Position numbers and translations under genes: made by a program. 64,000 nucleotides of DNA from a virus (taxonomy: Duplodnaviria > Heunggongvirae > Uroviricota > Caudoviricetes), in the IMG/VR virus record IMGVR_UViG_3300006155_000234; one strand, given 5' to 3'. Every line of letters starts with the position of its first letter. The stretch's first letter is position 1. The notes beneath the pieces are model-generated. The model searched no databases, was not told the origin of the DNA, and saw only the letters and a program-made list of their open reading frames with translations. Below are positions 27,958 to 37,202 of this stretch, piece by piece.

Positions 27958-29590
27958 AGATATTAAGTTTGGTGATGATGCTCAAAAATCAATTATAAAA
28001 GGTATAAATTCTGTTTCAAATATTGTAAAAACAACAATAGGACCAAAAGGTAGAAATGTTTTGATTAGAGAGAATGGAAGCATTCCAGTAATAACAAATG
28101 ACGGTGTTACGATAGCAAAATCAATAAAATTAAAAGATAATACAGAGGATGCAGGAGCAGCACTAATAATATCTGCTGCAAATAAAACAAATATGGTAGC
28201 AGGAGATGGAACAACAACTACAACTGTATTAGCATCTGAAATGATAAATAAGGGTTTTGAAACATTAAGTAACTTAAACTTAAATCCAGTACAAATACAA
28301 AAAGAATTAAATAATATAGCAGAAGATATTAGTAATAAATTATTAGAAAGTGCTATTGAAGTTAAAGATGATGAATCAATTAAGAGAGTTGCAACTATTT
28401 CAAGTGGTAATGAGAAAACTGGCGAACTTATTGCAGATGCATTTAAACAAGCTGGTGAACATGGAACAGTAATTGTAGAAGATAGTAAAACTGGAATTAC
28501 AGGTTTAACTTCTGTAATGGGAATGAGATTACCAAATGGCTCTGTATCTCCATATTTATTAGAAAGAAGAACACTTGTATCAGAGATAGATGATGTTAGT
28601 GTTTTAATATCAAAGGATAGACTAGATAATGTACCAGATTTATTACCTATATTAGATACTTGTAATAAAGAAGGCAGAAGATTGCTAATTATATGTGAAG
28701 ATATAGATGTTGAACCTTTAAATTTTATTGTAATGAATAAAGCTAATGGAGCATTAAATGTAAACATTATTAGACTTCCTGGATTTAATATGGACTTAAA
28801 AAATTCTATGATAGATGATTTATGTATTGCAACAGGTTCCACAACAATTAGTAGAGAGGCAGGAAGACCTATTAAATCATTTAATTCTTCTTGGTTTGGT
28901 GAATTAAGTAGTGCAAAAATAGAATTAGATGAAACAATATTAAAATTTAAAGATGTAAATTCTTTTGGAGTTAATTTATTAGAAGATAGAACTGCAAGAG
29001 TTGAGGAACTATTAGAACAGAAAAAGACTTTAGGTGTAGGTAAGGATACAACTCAATATGATAAAAGGATTGCCAATTTAGCTGGTGGAATATCTGTTAT
29101 AGAAATAGGTGGAAATTCAGACGTGGAAATAAAAGATACTAAATTAAGAGTTGAAGATGCTTTAAATTCAGTCAAAGCAGCTATGGAAGAAGGAATTGTT
29201 GCAGGTGGTGGATATAGTTTATTAAAAGTTGCTAATGAAATATCAGAAGATTTATCAAACATGTCATTAGAAAAAGCAACAGCTTATACTATAATGCAAG
29301 AATCTTTAACCAAAGTTACACAACAAATTGCTAACAATGCTGGATTTGATGGTAAAGATGTGGTAATGAAATGTATTGAAATACAAAAAGGATTTAATGC
29401 TTTAACAAATGAATATGAAGATTTAATTGAAACTGGTGTTATAAATGCAGTAAAAGTTGATAGATATTGTGTTTTAAATGCTGCTAGTGTAGCAGGAACT
29501 ATACTTACTATGGGTGGTGCAATTATAGAGGAAAATGAAAAAGACCAAAATTTATTACAACTTATTCAACCAAATGTACCAATAATATAG
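27950..29590 (+). CDS. groEL: Chaperonin GroEL
   Basis: TIGPKGRNV, ITNDGVTIAK, AGDGTTTTT, EEGIVAGGG; lacks the GGM C-terminal tail. Confidence 0.95.
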   Translation: MSKDIKFGDDAQKSIIKGINSVSNIVKTTIGPKGRNVLIRENGSIPVITNDGVTIAKSIKLKDNTEDAGAALIISAANKTNMVAGDGTTTTTVLASEMINKGFETLSNLNLNPVQIQKELNNIAEDISNKLLESAIEVKDDESIKRVATISSGNEKTGELIADAFKQAGEHGTVIVEDSKTGITGLTSVMGMRLPNGSVSPYLLERRTLVSEIDDVSVLISKDRLDNVPDLLPILDTCNKEGRRLLIICEDIDVEPLNFIVMNKANGALNVNIIRLPGFNMDLKNSMIDDLCIATGSTTISREAGRPIKSFNSSWFGELSSAKIELDETILKFKDVNSFGVNLLEDRTARVEELLEQKKTLGVGKDTTQYDKRIANLAGGISVIEIGGNSDVEIKDTKLRVEDALNSVKAAMEEGIVAGGGYSLLKVANEISEDLSNMSLEKATAYTIMQESLTKVTQQIANNAGFDGKDVVMKCIEIQKGFNALTNEYEDLIETGVINAVKVDRYCVLNAASVAGTILTMGGAIIEENEKDQNLLQLIQPNVPII

Positions 29591-29610
29591 TAATAAGGTG
29601 GTAGAAAACC

Positions 29611-29787
29611 ATGAAATTGAATCAAAAATATTTAAGGTGTAAAAGATGTCATAGAAGGTTGAAAACAGAAGAGGCACAAAAAAGAGGGTATGGTTATCAC
29701 TGTTTTCAACTATACCTTGAAGAGAGAAAGAAAAAGAGTAAAAATTTAATAGATATTGCAGAGGAAATGAAACAAGGTAATATCTAA
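29611..29787 (+). CDS. Small Zn-binding protein (DUF6011-like, CKRCHRRL...GYGYHC)
   Basis: Manual translation, 58 aa; AAGGTGG RBS. Confidence 0.65.
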   Translation: MKLNQKYLRCKRCHRRLKTEEAQKRGYGYHCFQLYLEERKKKSKNLIDIAEEMKQGNI

Positions 29788-29801
29788 AATTGGAGTGAGA
29801 T

Positions 29802-30224
29802 ATGATGAAACAAAGTGATTTTGAAAAGAAATTAAATAAGGTACTTACAGAGGAAGAACATTATGTTCTTAATATCTTATTGCTATCATATCTAACCAAT
29901 GATGAAAGTTATAAAGATATAGCAGAATTATGCTTTATGTTTGATGAATATTCTAATTTTAAAAAATTTATAAAATATTATGGTGGTAGAACTTTAAAGA
30001 TACCAACACAAGAAGAGTTAAGACTTGCATTGAAACATTTACTATTATTCCAATATGTAAAAATAGATGGTGCAGATTTTGAAGATAGCTATAAAAGAGT
30101 TAAACTAAAAGAACTAAATATTAGTAAGGAAGATGCAAGTAATACTATTGAAAGATTTTACAATTACTTAAAGGAGAATGGAAATCAAGTATTTAGAGGT
30201 AGAAAAAGAAATAGATTATTTTAG
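29802..30224 (+). CDS. Mor-like transcriptional regulator
   Basis: FIKYYGGRTLKIP resembles the Mor-family YGG..lyIP motif; ends RNRLF. Confidence 0.5.
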   Translation: MMKQSDFEKKLNKVLTEEEHYVLNILLLSYLTNDESYKDIAELCFMFDEYSNFKKFIKYYGGRTLKIPTQEELRLALKHLLLFQYVKIDGADFEDSYKRVKLKELNISKEDASNTIERFYNYLKENGNQVFRGRKRNRLF

Positions 30225-30233
30225 GGGGTATAT

Positions 30234-30596
30234 ATGAAAATAATAACAAAGCCTAAAGTATATTTATATCCTACTAGATACAGATATGATATTGTAAAGA
30301 ATATATTTTGTTTAGATGAAAGTATTATTAAATATCTACAAGCAGATATTATAAGTCATAGGGTAGAAGTTAAATCTGATATGTTAAGTAAAAGAATTGA
30401 AGAAAGAATATCTAAAATAAGTATAGACTATGACAATAAAGTAAATAAAATGCTAGATAGATTAATTATAAATAATGACCTTGAAAAATATTCTATTGAA
30501 AACTTAAATAGATTAGTAACTTCTGTAATGAGAGTAACAAAATCATTAAGCAGTTCATTAACAAGTATAGTCATTGGTTTGGAGGATATAAAATAA
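30234..30596 (+). CDS. Hypothetical protein
   Basis: ORF track. Confidence 0.6.
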   Translation: MKIITKPKVYLYPTRYRYDIVKNIFCLDESIIKYLQADIISHRVEVKSDMLSKRIEERISKISIDYDNKVNKMLDRLIINNDLEKYSIENLNRLVTSVMRVTKSLSSSLTSIVIGLEDIK

Positions 30597-31699
30597 TGAT
30601 AGTATCAGCATTTGCAGGTGTAGGTAAAACTACACTTGCTAAAAAATATGGTAAAGATGTTATAGATTTAGAAAGTGGAAATTTTAAATGGTTAGAAAAT
30701 GGAAATACAGAGGCAACAAAAGGAGATAATAAAAGAACACAAAATCCAAAGTATCCTATAAACTATTTGGAAGCGATAAAGAAAGCAAATGCAGAATATA
30801 AAGTTGTTTTAATAAGTCAACATTCTATAATAAGAAAGTGTCTTGATGCTGTTAAATTAGATTATGTATTAGTTTATCCAAATATAGACATGAAAGATGA
30901 ATTTATACAAAGATATAAAAATAGAGGTAATAATGAGAATTTTATAAATCTTATTTTAAATAATTGGGATAGCTGGATATATGATTTAGATAATGTTCAA
31001 AATCATACTAAAATAGTTTTGAATAAAGGTCAATATTTAACAGATTTTGTTGTAGAATTAGGACTTGAAGAAAAAGTTGAAGAATCTATTTCAGATGAAA
31101 TTATTGAACAAGTTACAGATGAAATTGTGGATAATGTGGATAACAATGTGGAAAACTTACCACAGATTTTAGGTAATAAAGATATAACTATTTCAGATAT
31201 GATGGATGATAAATTTTATATAGATGACCTTACTTTGAGGGAGTTTAAAGTAGTTGAAAATAAAGTAAGAGCAGGAATGCTAATACAAGCAAAAAATAGA
31301 TTAACTCGAGTAGATAAACTTTTAAATACATTAAATACATTAGAAGATGAGTTGTTTAATAGAATTGAGGAAGATATATCAACGATGAGATTAGATAGAA
31401 TTATGGAAACAACAAAATTTATCAGCACACTCATAAAAGATACTAATGATATGATAATGTCTGTTATAGGAAATCCAAAGCTACAAAATTTCTTTATCGT
31501 AGATAACAGTAGTAATGTTACAGTTGAAGATACAAATGGATTAGATGTAGTTAAAAGAAAGAAAATTAGACACGCTGTTCAGGTAGTACTTGAAAATATA
31601 GATAAAGTTGAGAATGGAAATTTACAAGATATATCAAATCCAAATATTATAGTACAATCTAACAATCAAAAGGAGGATAATACAAATGTCAATACCTAA
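30596..31699 (+). CDS. P-loop nucleotide-kinase-like domain fused to an acidic linker and helical C-domain
   Basis: IVSAFAGVGKTT, DLES, LVYP......F..RY..RGN. Confidence 0.7.
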   Translation: MIVSAFAGVGKTTLAKKYGKDVIDLESGNFKWLENGNTEATKGDNKRTQNPKYPINYLEAIKKANAEYKVVLISQHSIIRKCLDAVKLDYVLVYPNIDMKDEFIQRYKNRGNNENFINLILNNWDSWIYDLDNVQNHTKIVLNKGQYLTDFVVELGLEEKVEESISDEIIEQVTDEIVDNVDNNVENLPQILGNKDITISDMMDDKFYIDDLTLREFKVVENKVRAGMLIQAKNRLTRVDKLLNTLNTLEDELFNRIEEDISTMRLDRIMETTKFISTLIKDTNDMIMSVIGNPKLQNFFIVDNSSNVTVEDTNGLDVVKRKKIRHAVQVVLENIDKVENGNLQDISNPNIIVQSNNQKEDNTNVNT

Positions 31700-32396
31700 A
31701 CCATCTCAATATGAATGCGATAATATGCAAAATGGTGATATTGTAATGGTACAAAGAAGACCATTTTTATATAAGTGGTTTAGGAACACTTTTCAGAAAG
31801 ATAAGATAAAAATAAAAATAAGACCAGTATTAACCTCTGATGATAGGATTGAAGTATATCAAGAAGATTGCACATTGGTATTTAGCTGGGAGATAAATGG
31901 AAAAAGTGAATATAATGATGAAGTACCATATTATATAGGTTATAATGGTAGATTTTCTAAAAAAGTAAATAAGCTTCCAACATTACAAGTTGGAAGTGAA
32001 AATACTTATATTATGTTACAAAATAAGTTATCTATTTTAATACCAACAACATATTTAAGAGATGCAATAAATAAGATGGATAATGTTAGAAATAATATAG
32101 ATGTAGAAAGACAGATGCAACAAGCTATTAAATTTTCAAGATATAAGGGTGATTTCTTTAAGAAAAGGTGCAAGGAATTAAATTTAAGTGAGTGGGTATT
32201 AACATATTGCTCTATATGTGGAAACTCTGTTAAAATTAAATTTGATAATGATAAATTACATATAGTAAATACATGTGATTGTGGAAATACACAAATACTA
32301 GAAGAAGATATTACTTGGGATACGGTTGCATATTTATTTAATAGCCAAGTTCAACCACTTATTGCAAAAAAGTATAAGGAATTTTGGAAGATTTAA
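31686..32396 (+). CDS. Hypothetical protein with C-terminal Zn ribbon (CSICG...CDCG)
   Basis: ORF track; AAGGAGG RBS. Confidence 0.6.
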   Translation: MSIPKPSQYECDNMQNGDIVMVQRRPFLYKWFRNTFQKDKIKIKIRPVLTSDDRIEVYQEDCTLVFSWEINGKSEYNDEVPYYIGYNGRFSKKVNKLPTLQVGSENTYIMLQNKLSILIPTTYLRDAINKMDNVRNNIDVERQMQQAIKFSRYKGDFFKKRCKELNLSEWVLTYCSICGNSVKIKFDNDKLHIVNTCDCGNTQILEEDITWDTVAYLFNSQVQPLIAKKYKEFWKI

Positions 32397-32405
32397 GGTG
32401 TTTTT

Positions 32406-32774
32406 ATGAAAACAAGTGAGATATATGATAGATATAAAGAATTATGTAATTGTAATGAGTTTATTTGTAGTCAATCTGAGTTAAATGATTTTATGCTTTG
32501 TGGTTTAATTATAGAATCAGGTAAAAATAAATATATATTGAGAAATACAGATAAATCTAAAATAACTATAATAAAAGACCCAAATTTAGAATTTGATATA
32601 GATTTAAGTTCATTAATAAATATAGATTTAAGTAAGTTTGGTACAAATAAGGTATATTATATGTCAAATGATACATATAATAAGTATAAAGAGAATAATT
32701 TAATAATAAATAAAGATGGTTATGATTTTTATAGATTATTTTCAAATGAATTATGGCTTGTAAAAATTTTATAA
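32406..32774 (+). CDS. Hypothetical protein
   Basis: ORF track. Confidence 0.55.
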   Translation: MKTSEIYDRYKELCNCNEFICSQSELNDFMLCGLIIESGKNKYILRNTDKSKITIIKDPNLEFDIDLSSLINIDLSKFGTNKVYYMSNDTYNKYKENNLIINKDGYDFYRLFSNELWLVKIL

Positions 32775-32780
32775 AAACAC

Positions 32781-32809
32781 TTGACATATTTTAAAACTTA
32801 TAGTATAAT
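32781..32809 (+). promoter_or_regulatory. SigmaA-type early promoter (TTGACA-TATTTTAAAACTTATAG-TATAAT)
   Basis: Perfect consensus with 17-bp conserved spacer. Confidence 0.9.
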
Positions 32810-32849
32810 CATAATATAATAGGTAAATAATAAGGTAGGAGGATATAAT

Positions 32850-33230
32850 ATGATTATAAGTAAGTGGTTAGAAGAGGTAAATAAAAATAATTTCCCATCA
32901 AAAGAAAGACAATTAGACTTGGGTTGGATAAGTTGGGAATGTGCAGTTAATTTATTAGATAGTAAGAATAAATATACACAATTTGTATTAGAAAGGCTAA
33001 ATCAAGATATACAAGATAATTATGATATATCTTTTACAAACAGATTACAAAAAGAAAATTTTGGGTGGACATATACAACATATCATTTTAAGTCTACAAA
33101 AAGAAATTTAGATATAACAAAACAAGATTTTACTATGATGTATAGATATAATATTTATGAGAATGGGAAGTTAATAAAAGAGATAGAAGAAAGAGAAGAT
33201 TTAATTGTTTGGTTAAATGAAAATCTATAA
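32850..33230 (+). CDS. Hypothetical early protein in a stand-alone promoter-gene-terminator cassette
   Basis: ORF track; own promoter (32781) and terminator (33243). Confidence 0.7.
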   Translation: MIISKWLEEVNKNNFPSKERQLDLGWISWECAVNLLDSKNKYTQFVLERLNQDIQDNYDISFTNRLQKENFGWTYTTYHFKSTKRNLDITKQDFTMMYRYNIYENGKLIKEIEEREDLIVWLNENL

Positions 33231-33242
33231 TTTATAATAAGT

Positions 33243-33268
33243 AAAGGTATGCTTTTGCATACCTTTTA
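33243..33268 (+). terminator. Intrinsic terminator AAAGGTATGC-tttt-GCATACCTTT-T
   Basis: 10-bp perfect stem plus T tail. Confidence 0.85.
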
Positions 33269-33276
33269 TGGTCTGA

Positions 33277-33323
33277 AAGATGTTAATAATATTGAGGATA
33301 AAACTCTATTAAGATGTTATAAA
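33277..33323 (+). promoter_or_regulatory. Two tandem AAGATG promoter motifs (33277-33290 and 33311-33323)
   Basis: AAGATGTTAATAAT and AAGATGTTATAAA upstream of an AGGAGG RBS. Confidence 0.65.
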
Positions 33324-33344
33324 ATATAGGAGGTACTACATATT

Positions 33345-34160
33345 ATGAATGAAGAAGATATTGATAAGAGATGGCATGAATATGTTGATTTGTTACTGAA
33401 AACAAGAAGAGAAGGAATAGAGGGTTTGATAGAATGGTTAGATAACTCTGATTTTAAAACAGCTCCTGCAAGTACAAGGTATCATCTAAACTGTAAAGGT
33501 GGTTTGTTAGAGCATTCTTTAAATGTTTATTATTGTTTTTCAAAAGATTTAAAACCTTATATAGATTTATTACAAATACCTGAAGACACTATTATATTAA
33601 CTTCATTATTACACGATATTTGTAAGGCAAATACATATATAACAGAGATGCGAAATGTTAAAAGAGATAATGAATGGGTACAAGAACCATTTTATAAAAC
33701 AGATGACTTATTACCTTATGGACATGGTGAAAAAAGTGTTTTAATTATTCAAAATAGAGGTGTTAAGTTGAGTGCAATAGAATCAATGATGATTAGATGG
33801 CACATGGGATTTTCGGATAGAATGCCTTATGATGTACTTACATCTAATGCTTTTGAAAAGTATCCACAATCTTTATTATTGCATACTGCTGATGTAATGG
33901 CTACTTATTTTGTAGAAGGAAATTCAGAAGGAATGGATAAGTATAGTCAATGTGGGTTTAATGATTTATTTTTAGGAAGGTGTGCAACAGATAGTATCAA
34001 AAAGCCTAAAGAACAAAAAGAAATTGTTGCTGATGGTTTTAAATACGAATTAGCACCTGTAGATGCTGTTGTAGATAATATAAATATAATAATAGTAAAT
34101 GATTATAAAGGACAGCCTATTAAAGTATATGCACCACATAAAGATGGGTTGCCATTTTAG
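33345..34160 (+). CDS. HD-domain phosphohydrolase
   Basis: APAST.YH...GGLLEHSLNV, LLHDICK, GHGEKS, IRWHMG, LLHTAD; C-terminus DGLPF. Confidence 0.85.
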   Translation: MNEEDIDKRWHEYVDLLLKTRREGIEGLIEWLDNSDFKTAPASTRYHLNCKGGLLEHSLNVYYCFSKDLKPYIDLLQIPEDTIILTSLLHDICKANTYITEMRNVKRDNEWVQEPFYKTDDLLPYGHGEKSVLIIQNRGVKLSAIESMMIRWHMGFSDRMPYDVLTSNAFEKYPQSLLLHTADVMATYFVEGNSEGMDKYSQCGFNDLFLGRCATDSIKKPKEQKEIVADGFKYELAPVDAVVDNINIIIVNDYKGQPIKVYAPHKDGLPF

Positions 34161-34172
34161 GAGGATATAAAT

Positions 34173-34925
34173 ATGAAATATAAATTATCTAAATACAGAT
34201 TAACAATTCCACAAGAAATAAGAGAACATACTAATATAACCAGAGATGGTTATATTGATATATCGTTTGATGATACTACAGGAAATATTATAATAAGTAG
34301 TATAAAAAATATAGAAATTAAAGAAGAACAAAAAATTAAACAAGAGAATAAACAAAAAGAAACTAAAGTGAATCAAGTTAAATCTAAAAAGCCTAGAAAA
34401 ATAGAAGCAAATTATATGGATGCTGATAAGTTATATAAAGCATATTATAGTCCGTGTGGATTGCTTGTAAGAACTAAAAATTCTTATGTAAAAAGTGCCT
34501 GTGAAAGGTGTCAAGGAAAACTTGTAAAAGAATATGAAGATAGAATAGATGTACAATGTGGTTATGTAGATAAGAAAGCAATTAGAGATGAAATTGTATA
34601 TGAAATAACAAAAAGAGTTCACCCAGAAATAGAAAATGTAAAGAAACAAAGGAAAGAAGAAATGGAAACTGTAACGAATAATATAAAAGAAGCAGTAAAA
34701 GTAATTGATAAAAAAGTAAAGAAATTAAATAAGAAAGATAAGCCAAAAAGACGTACTGCTGATAACACTACAATAAAACCTATTAGGGCAGGTAATGATA
34801 TGCTTTTAAAATGTAAAGAGTGTGGTCAACTTGTTAAAAGTGGGTTTTATGTTGACAAAGATATATTATGTAAAGAGTGTACAGTAGATGATTTTAAAAA
34901 ATATATGAAAAAGAGAGGTAAATAA
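34173..34925 (+). CDS. AbrB-like N-terminal DNA-binding domain with Cys-rich C-terminal region
   Basis: YRLTIPQEIREHTNIT.DG.IDISFD (swapped-hairpin pattern); CERC and CKEC...CKEC. Confidence 0.55.
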   Translation: MKYKLSKYRLTIPQEIREHTNITRDGYIDISFDDTTGNIIISSIKNIEIKEEQKIKQENKQKETKVNQVKSKKPRKIEANYMDADKLYKAYYSPCGLLVRTKNSYVKSACERCQGKLVKEYEDRIDVQCGYVDKKAIRDEIVYEITKRVHPEIENVKKQRKEEMETVTNNIKEAVKVIDKKVKKLNKKDKPKRRTADNTTIKPIRAGNDMLLKCKECGQLVKSGFYVDKDILCKECTVDDFKKYMKKRGK

Positions 34926-34927
34926 AG

Positions 34928-36028
34928 ATGTTTGATTTATTAAGTGCAAAATCTTTGGATAAAGAAAGTGTTGAGTTAATAAGACCTAATGAAATAATTA
35001 TTGCAGAAAAGGATGACGAAAAAGGTAGAATATATACTATTGAAAAAGGAGCAAATAAGTATCTATATAAACAATTAGGTGTTACTGCAAGTTTGAGTAA
35101 AGAATTATTTAAAATAAATAAAGATTTTTGGAAAAATGTTATAGATTACCAATTAGAAGATAAAGATGGAAAACGTGCACCATTTAAGTTTGAAGACGAT
35201 AATGTTAGATATTTAGTTGATAATAATTATAGTTTAATTGATATGACTATAATGTCTGATGATTATTTTGATGATTTTAAGTCTAAATTAGATATGTTTA
35301 TGATGGAGGTAAATTCATTAGAACATACTAGAAAATTTTATGTTGAAGGTAATGGTGGATTAGTAAAATTAGTTTTATATAGGGCAGATGCAAATATAGC
35401 AGAAGATACATATACACCAGTAGTTATACTAGAAGTAAATAATAAAAAAGCAGAATACTCAATATACACAGGAATTCTAATATATAAATCATTTACATTT
35501 ATTCCATCGATGAATCCTGTTGCTACTTATCAATCTTATATAGATTTTGTATGGGGATTAAATATTTTAGGAACACTTGAATTATCTGAAAATAGTGCTG
35601 AAGAGTTATATAATTCATATTTAGATTTTAAATCAGGACATATTGAAATATCTGCAAGAGAATTAATTAGAATATTAAATAAAGTTGGCTATAAATTAGA
35701 ATTAAAAGAAGATATGTCATTAGATGATATTGACAAATTACAGGATGAAGAATCTAATATGACAATTAAAAACTTTTTCAACTCATTTAAAATGTCAACA
35801 GGAGAAACTGCTGAAGATATTTTAAATTTGAGTGAGGTTAAAAAGATTTTTAGATATAATAATTTAACCATAGTAGATTTATTAGAAATTCTTTCAAAAG
35901 AATATTTAAAGGATGATGGGGCTAAAATAACTGCTCAAATATTAAGTGATTTGGTATTTGGATTATATACAAAGAAAATAGATAATATAGATGCTAAAAG
36001 CATTATAGATGATATAAATAATAGATAG
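34928..36028 (+). CDS. Hypothetical protein (366 aa)
   Basis: ORF track. Confidence 0.65.
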   Translation: MFDLLSAKSLDKESVELIRPNEIIIAEKDDEKGRIYTIEKGANKYLYKQLGVTASLSKELFKINKDFWKNVIDYQLEDKDGKRAPFKFEDDNVRYLVDNNYSLIDMTIMSDDYFDDFKSKLDMFMMEVNSLEHTRKFYVEGNGGLVKLVLYRADANIAEDTYTPVVILEVNNKKAEYSIYTGILIYKSFTFIPSMNPVATYQSYIDFVWGLNILGTLELSENSAEELYNSYLDFKSGHIEISARELIRILNKVGYKLELKEDMSLDDIDKLQDEESNMTIKNFFNSFKMSTGETAEDILNLSEVKKIFRYNNLTIVDLLEILSKEYLKDDGAKITAQILSDLVFGLYTKKIDNIDAKSIIDDINNR

Positions 36029-36030
36029 AG

Positions 36031-36519
36031 GTGTTACAAGTGTCATTTTCATTGAGTAATCTTCCTAGAGTAAAGGAAATTAAAAAACAAGATGGATTAG
36101 CAAAAAGGGATACTATTGCTAAGTGTTTTGCATTAATAAAAAGTCAAAATAATGTTACAGAAATAGTGAAAAATGCACTAGAGGTTTATTTAGAAAATAG
36201 ATTAAATAATACATCTAATACTAATCTATCTTATAAATTATTCAAGGATAATATTATTGAATTATTAGAATATTGTTGTAATAAAAGTGTAGATGATATT
36301 AAAAAAGAAGATGTTTTAAATAATGAAAAGTCTATATTACAACATTTAAAATGGTGTACTGAATATGGAAATACAAAAAGATTAATATGGATTGAAGATG
36401 ATTTCAATGTATTATCTAAAACAAAAGATTCCAAAAGTATGGGGAAAGTAAAAGTGTTTGAAGATAGTGATGAGGACATCTATAACTATTTTGAGATAAG
36501 GAGAAGACTACATGGATGA
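36031..36519 (+). CDS. Hypothetical protein
   Basis: ORF track (GTG start). Confidence 0.55.
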   Translation: MLQVSFSLSNLPRVKEIKKQDGLAKRDTIAKCFALIKSQNNVTEIVKNALEVYLENRLNNTSNTNLSYKLFKDNIIELLEYCCNKSVDDIKKEDVLNNEKSILQHLKWCTEYGNTKRLIWIEDDFNVLSKTKDSKSMGKVKVFEDSDEDIYNYFEIRRRLHG

Positions 36520-37183
36520 TGAAATAGAGTTTATAGAGAGATTAGCACCTGACCTAGAAAAGTATGAAAATAGAGAATTTAAACTTAGTAGATATAACTT
36601 ATATAAAAAATATATGGAACAATCTGAAATACCAAAAATATATAGATATGAAATAATACAAAACCCATTTATAAATAGCCCAGCATTTAAAGATGCTGAT
36701 GTTAAAGATTTTGTAAATGATGTAACAGATTTTATATCTGGAGAATTTAATTGTATATTTAATTTTTCATGTTATATAGATACAGATATTTTAGCATCTC
36801 ATATTATACAAAACTACATAAAGAACTATTTGGTACAAGATAAGCCAATGAAAAGAATAATATATATAAATGTACCTTTATTGTTAAGCGATTTTAAAAA
36901 GATGATTGGGTATAATATGGATGATATGGAAAGAGATTTTTCACATAATATAGATACTATAAGAAAAGGTGTAGAAAATGCAGATTTAATTATATGGGAT
37001 AGAATGACTATGATAAGTACAGAGTATGATAGAGCTGAGTTATATAGGATATTATCTGTTAGACATAAGAAAGGATTAAGTAACCTATTTTTTATTACTG
37101 GTGGTAAGCAGGATGCAATAAAAAACCTATCTACGAATATAGTAGATTTCTTATATGGCAAAGGTATGGTAAACATAAATTAG
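36512..37183 (+). CDS. DnaC/IstB-like helicase loader (degenerate)
   Basis: Directly upstream of dnaB; YINVP.LL..., DLIIWD, I...R......LF.T resemble the DnaC Walker B region; no canonical Walker A. Confidence 0.5.
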   Translation: MDDEIEFIERLAPDLEKYENREFKLSRYNLYKKYMEQSEIPKIYRYEIIQNPFINSPAFKDADVKDFVNDVTDFISGEFNCIFNFSCYIDTDILASHIIQNYIKNYLVQDKPMKRIIYINVPLLLSDFKKMIGYNMDDMERDFSHNIDTIRKGVENADLIIWDRMTMISTEYDRAELYRILSVRHKKGLSNLFFITGGKQDAIKNLSTNIVDFLYGKGMVNIN

Positions 37184-37202
37184 TATAGAAAAGAGGTTCA
37201 AT

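Noticed and set aside
27982-28842. Long minus-strand ORFs opposite real genes (also 43215..43817, 19512..19814, 23826..24146 and similar)
   Set aside because: Antisense shadows of well-supported plus-strand genes, with no RBS and an I/S/L/F-rich composition typical of AT-rich reverse frames.
34173-34925. AbrB-like protein as the MazE antitoxin for the 6421 MazF
   Set aside because: It is 28 kb away, three times the size of MazE and embedded in the replication operon; nothing links the two.
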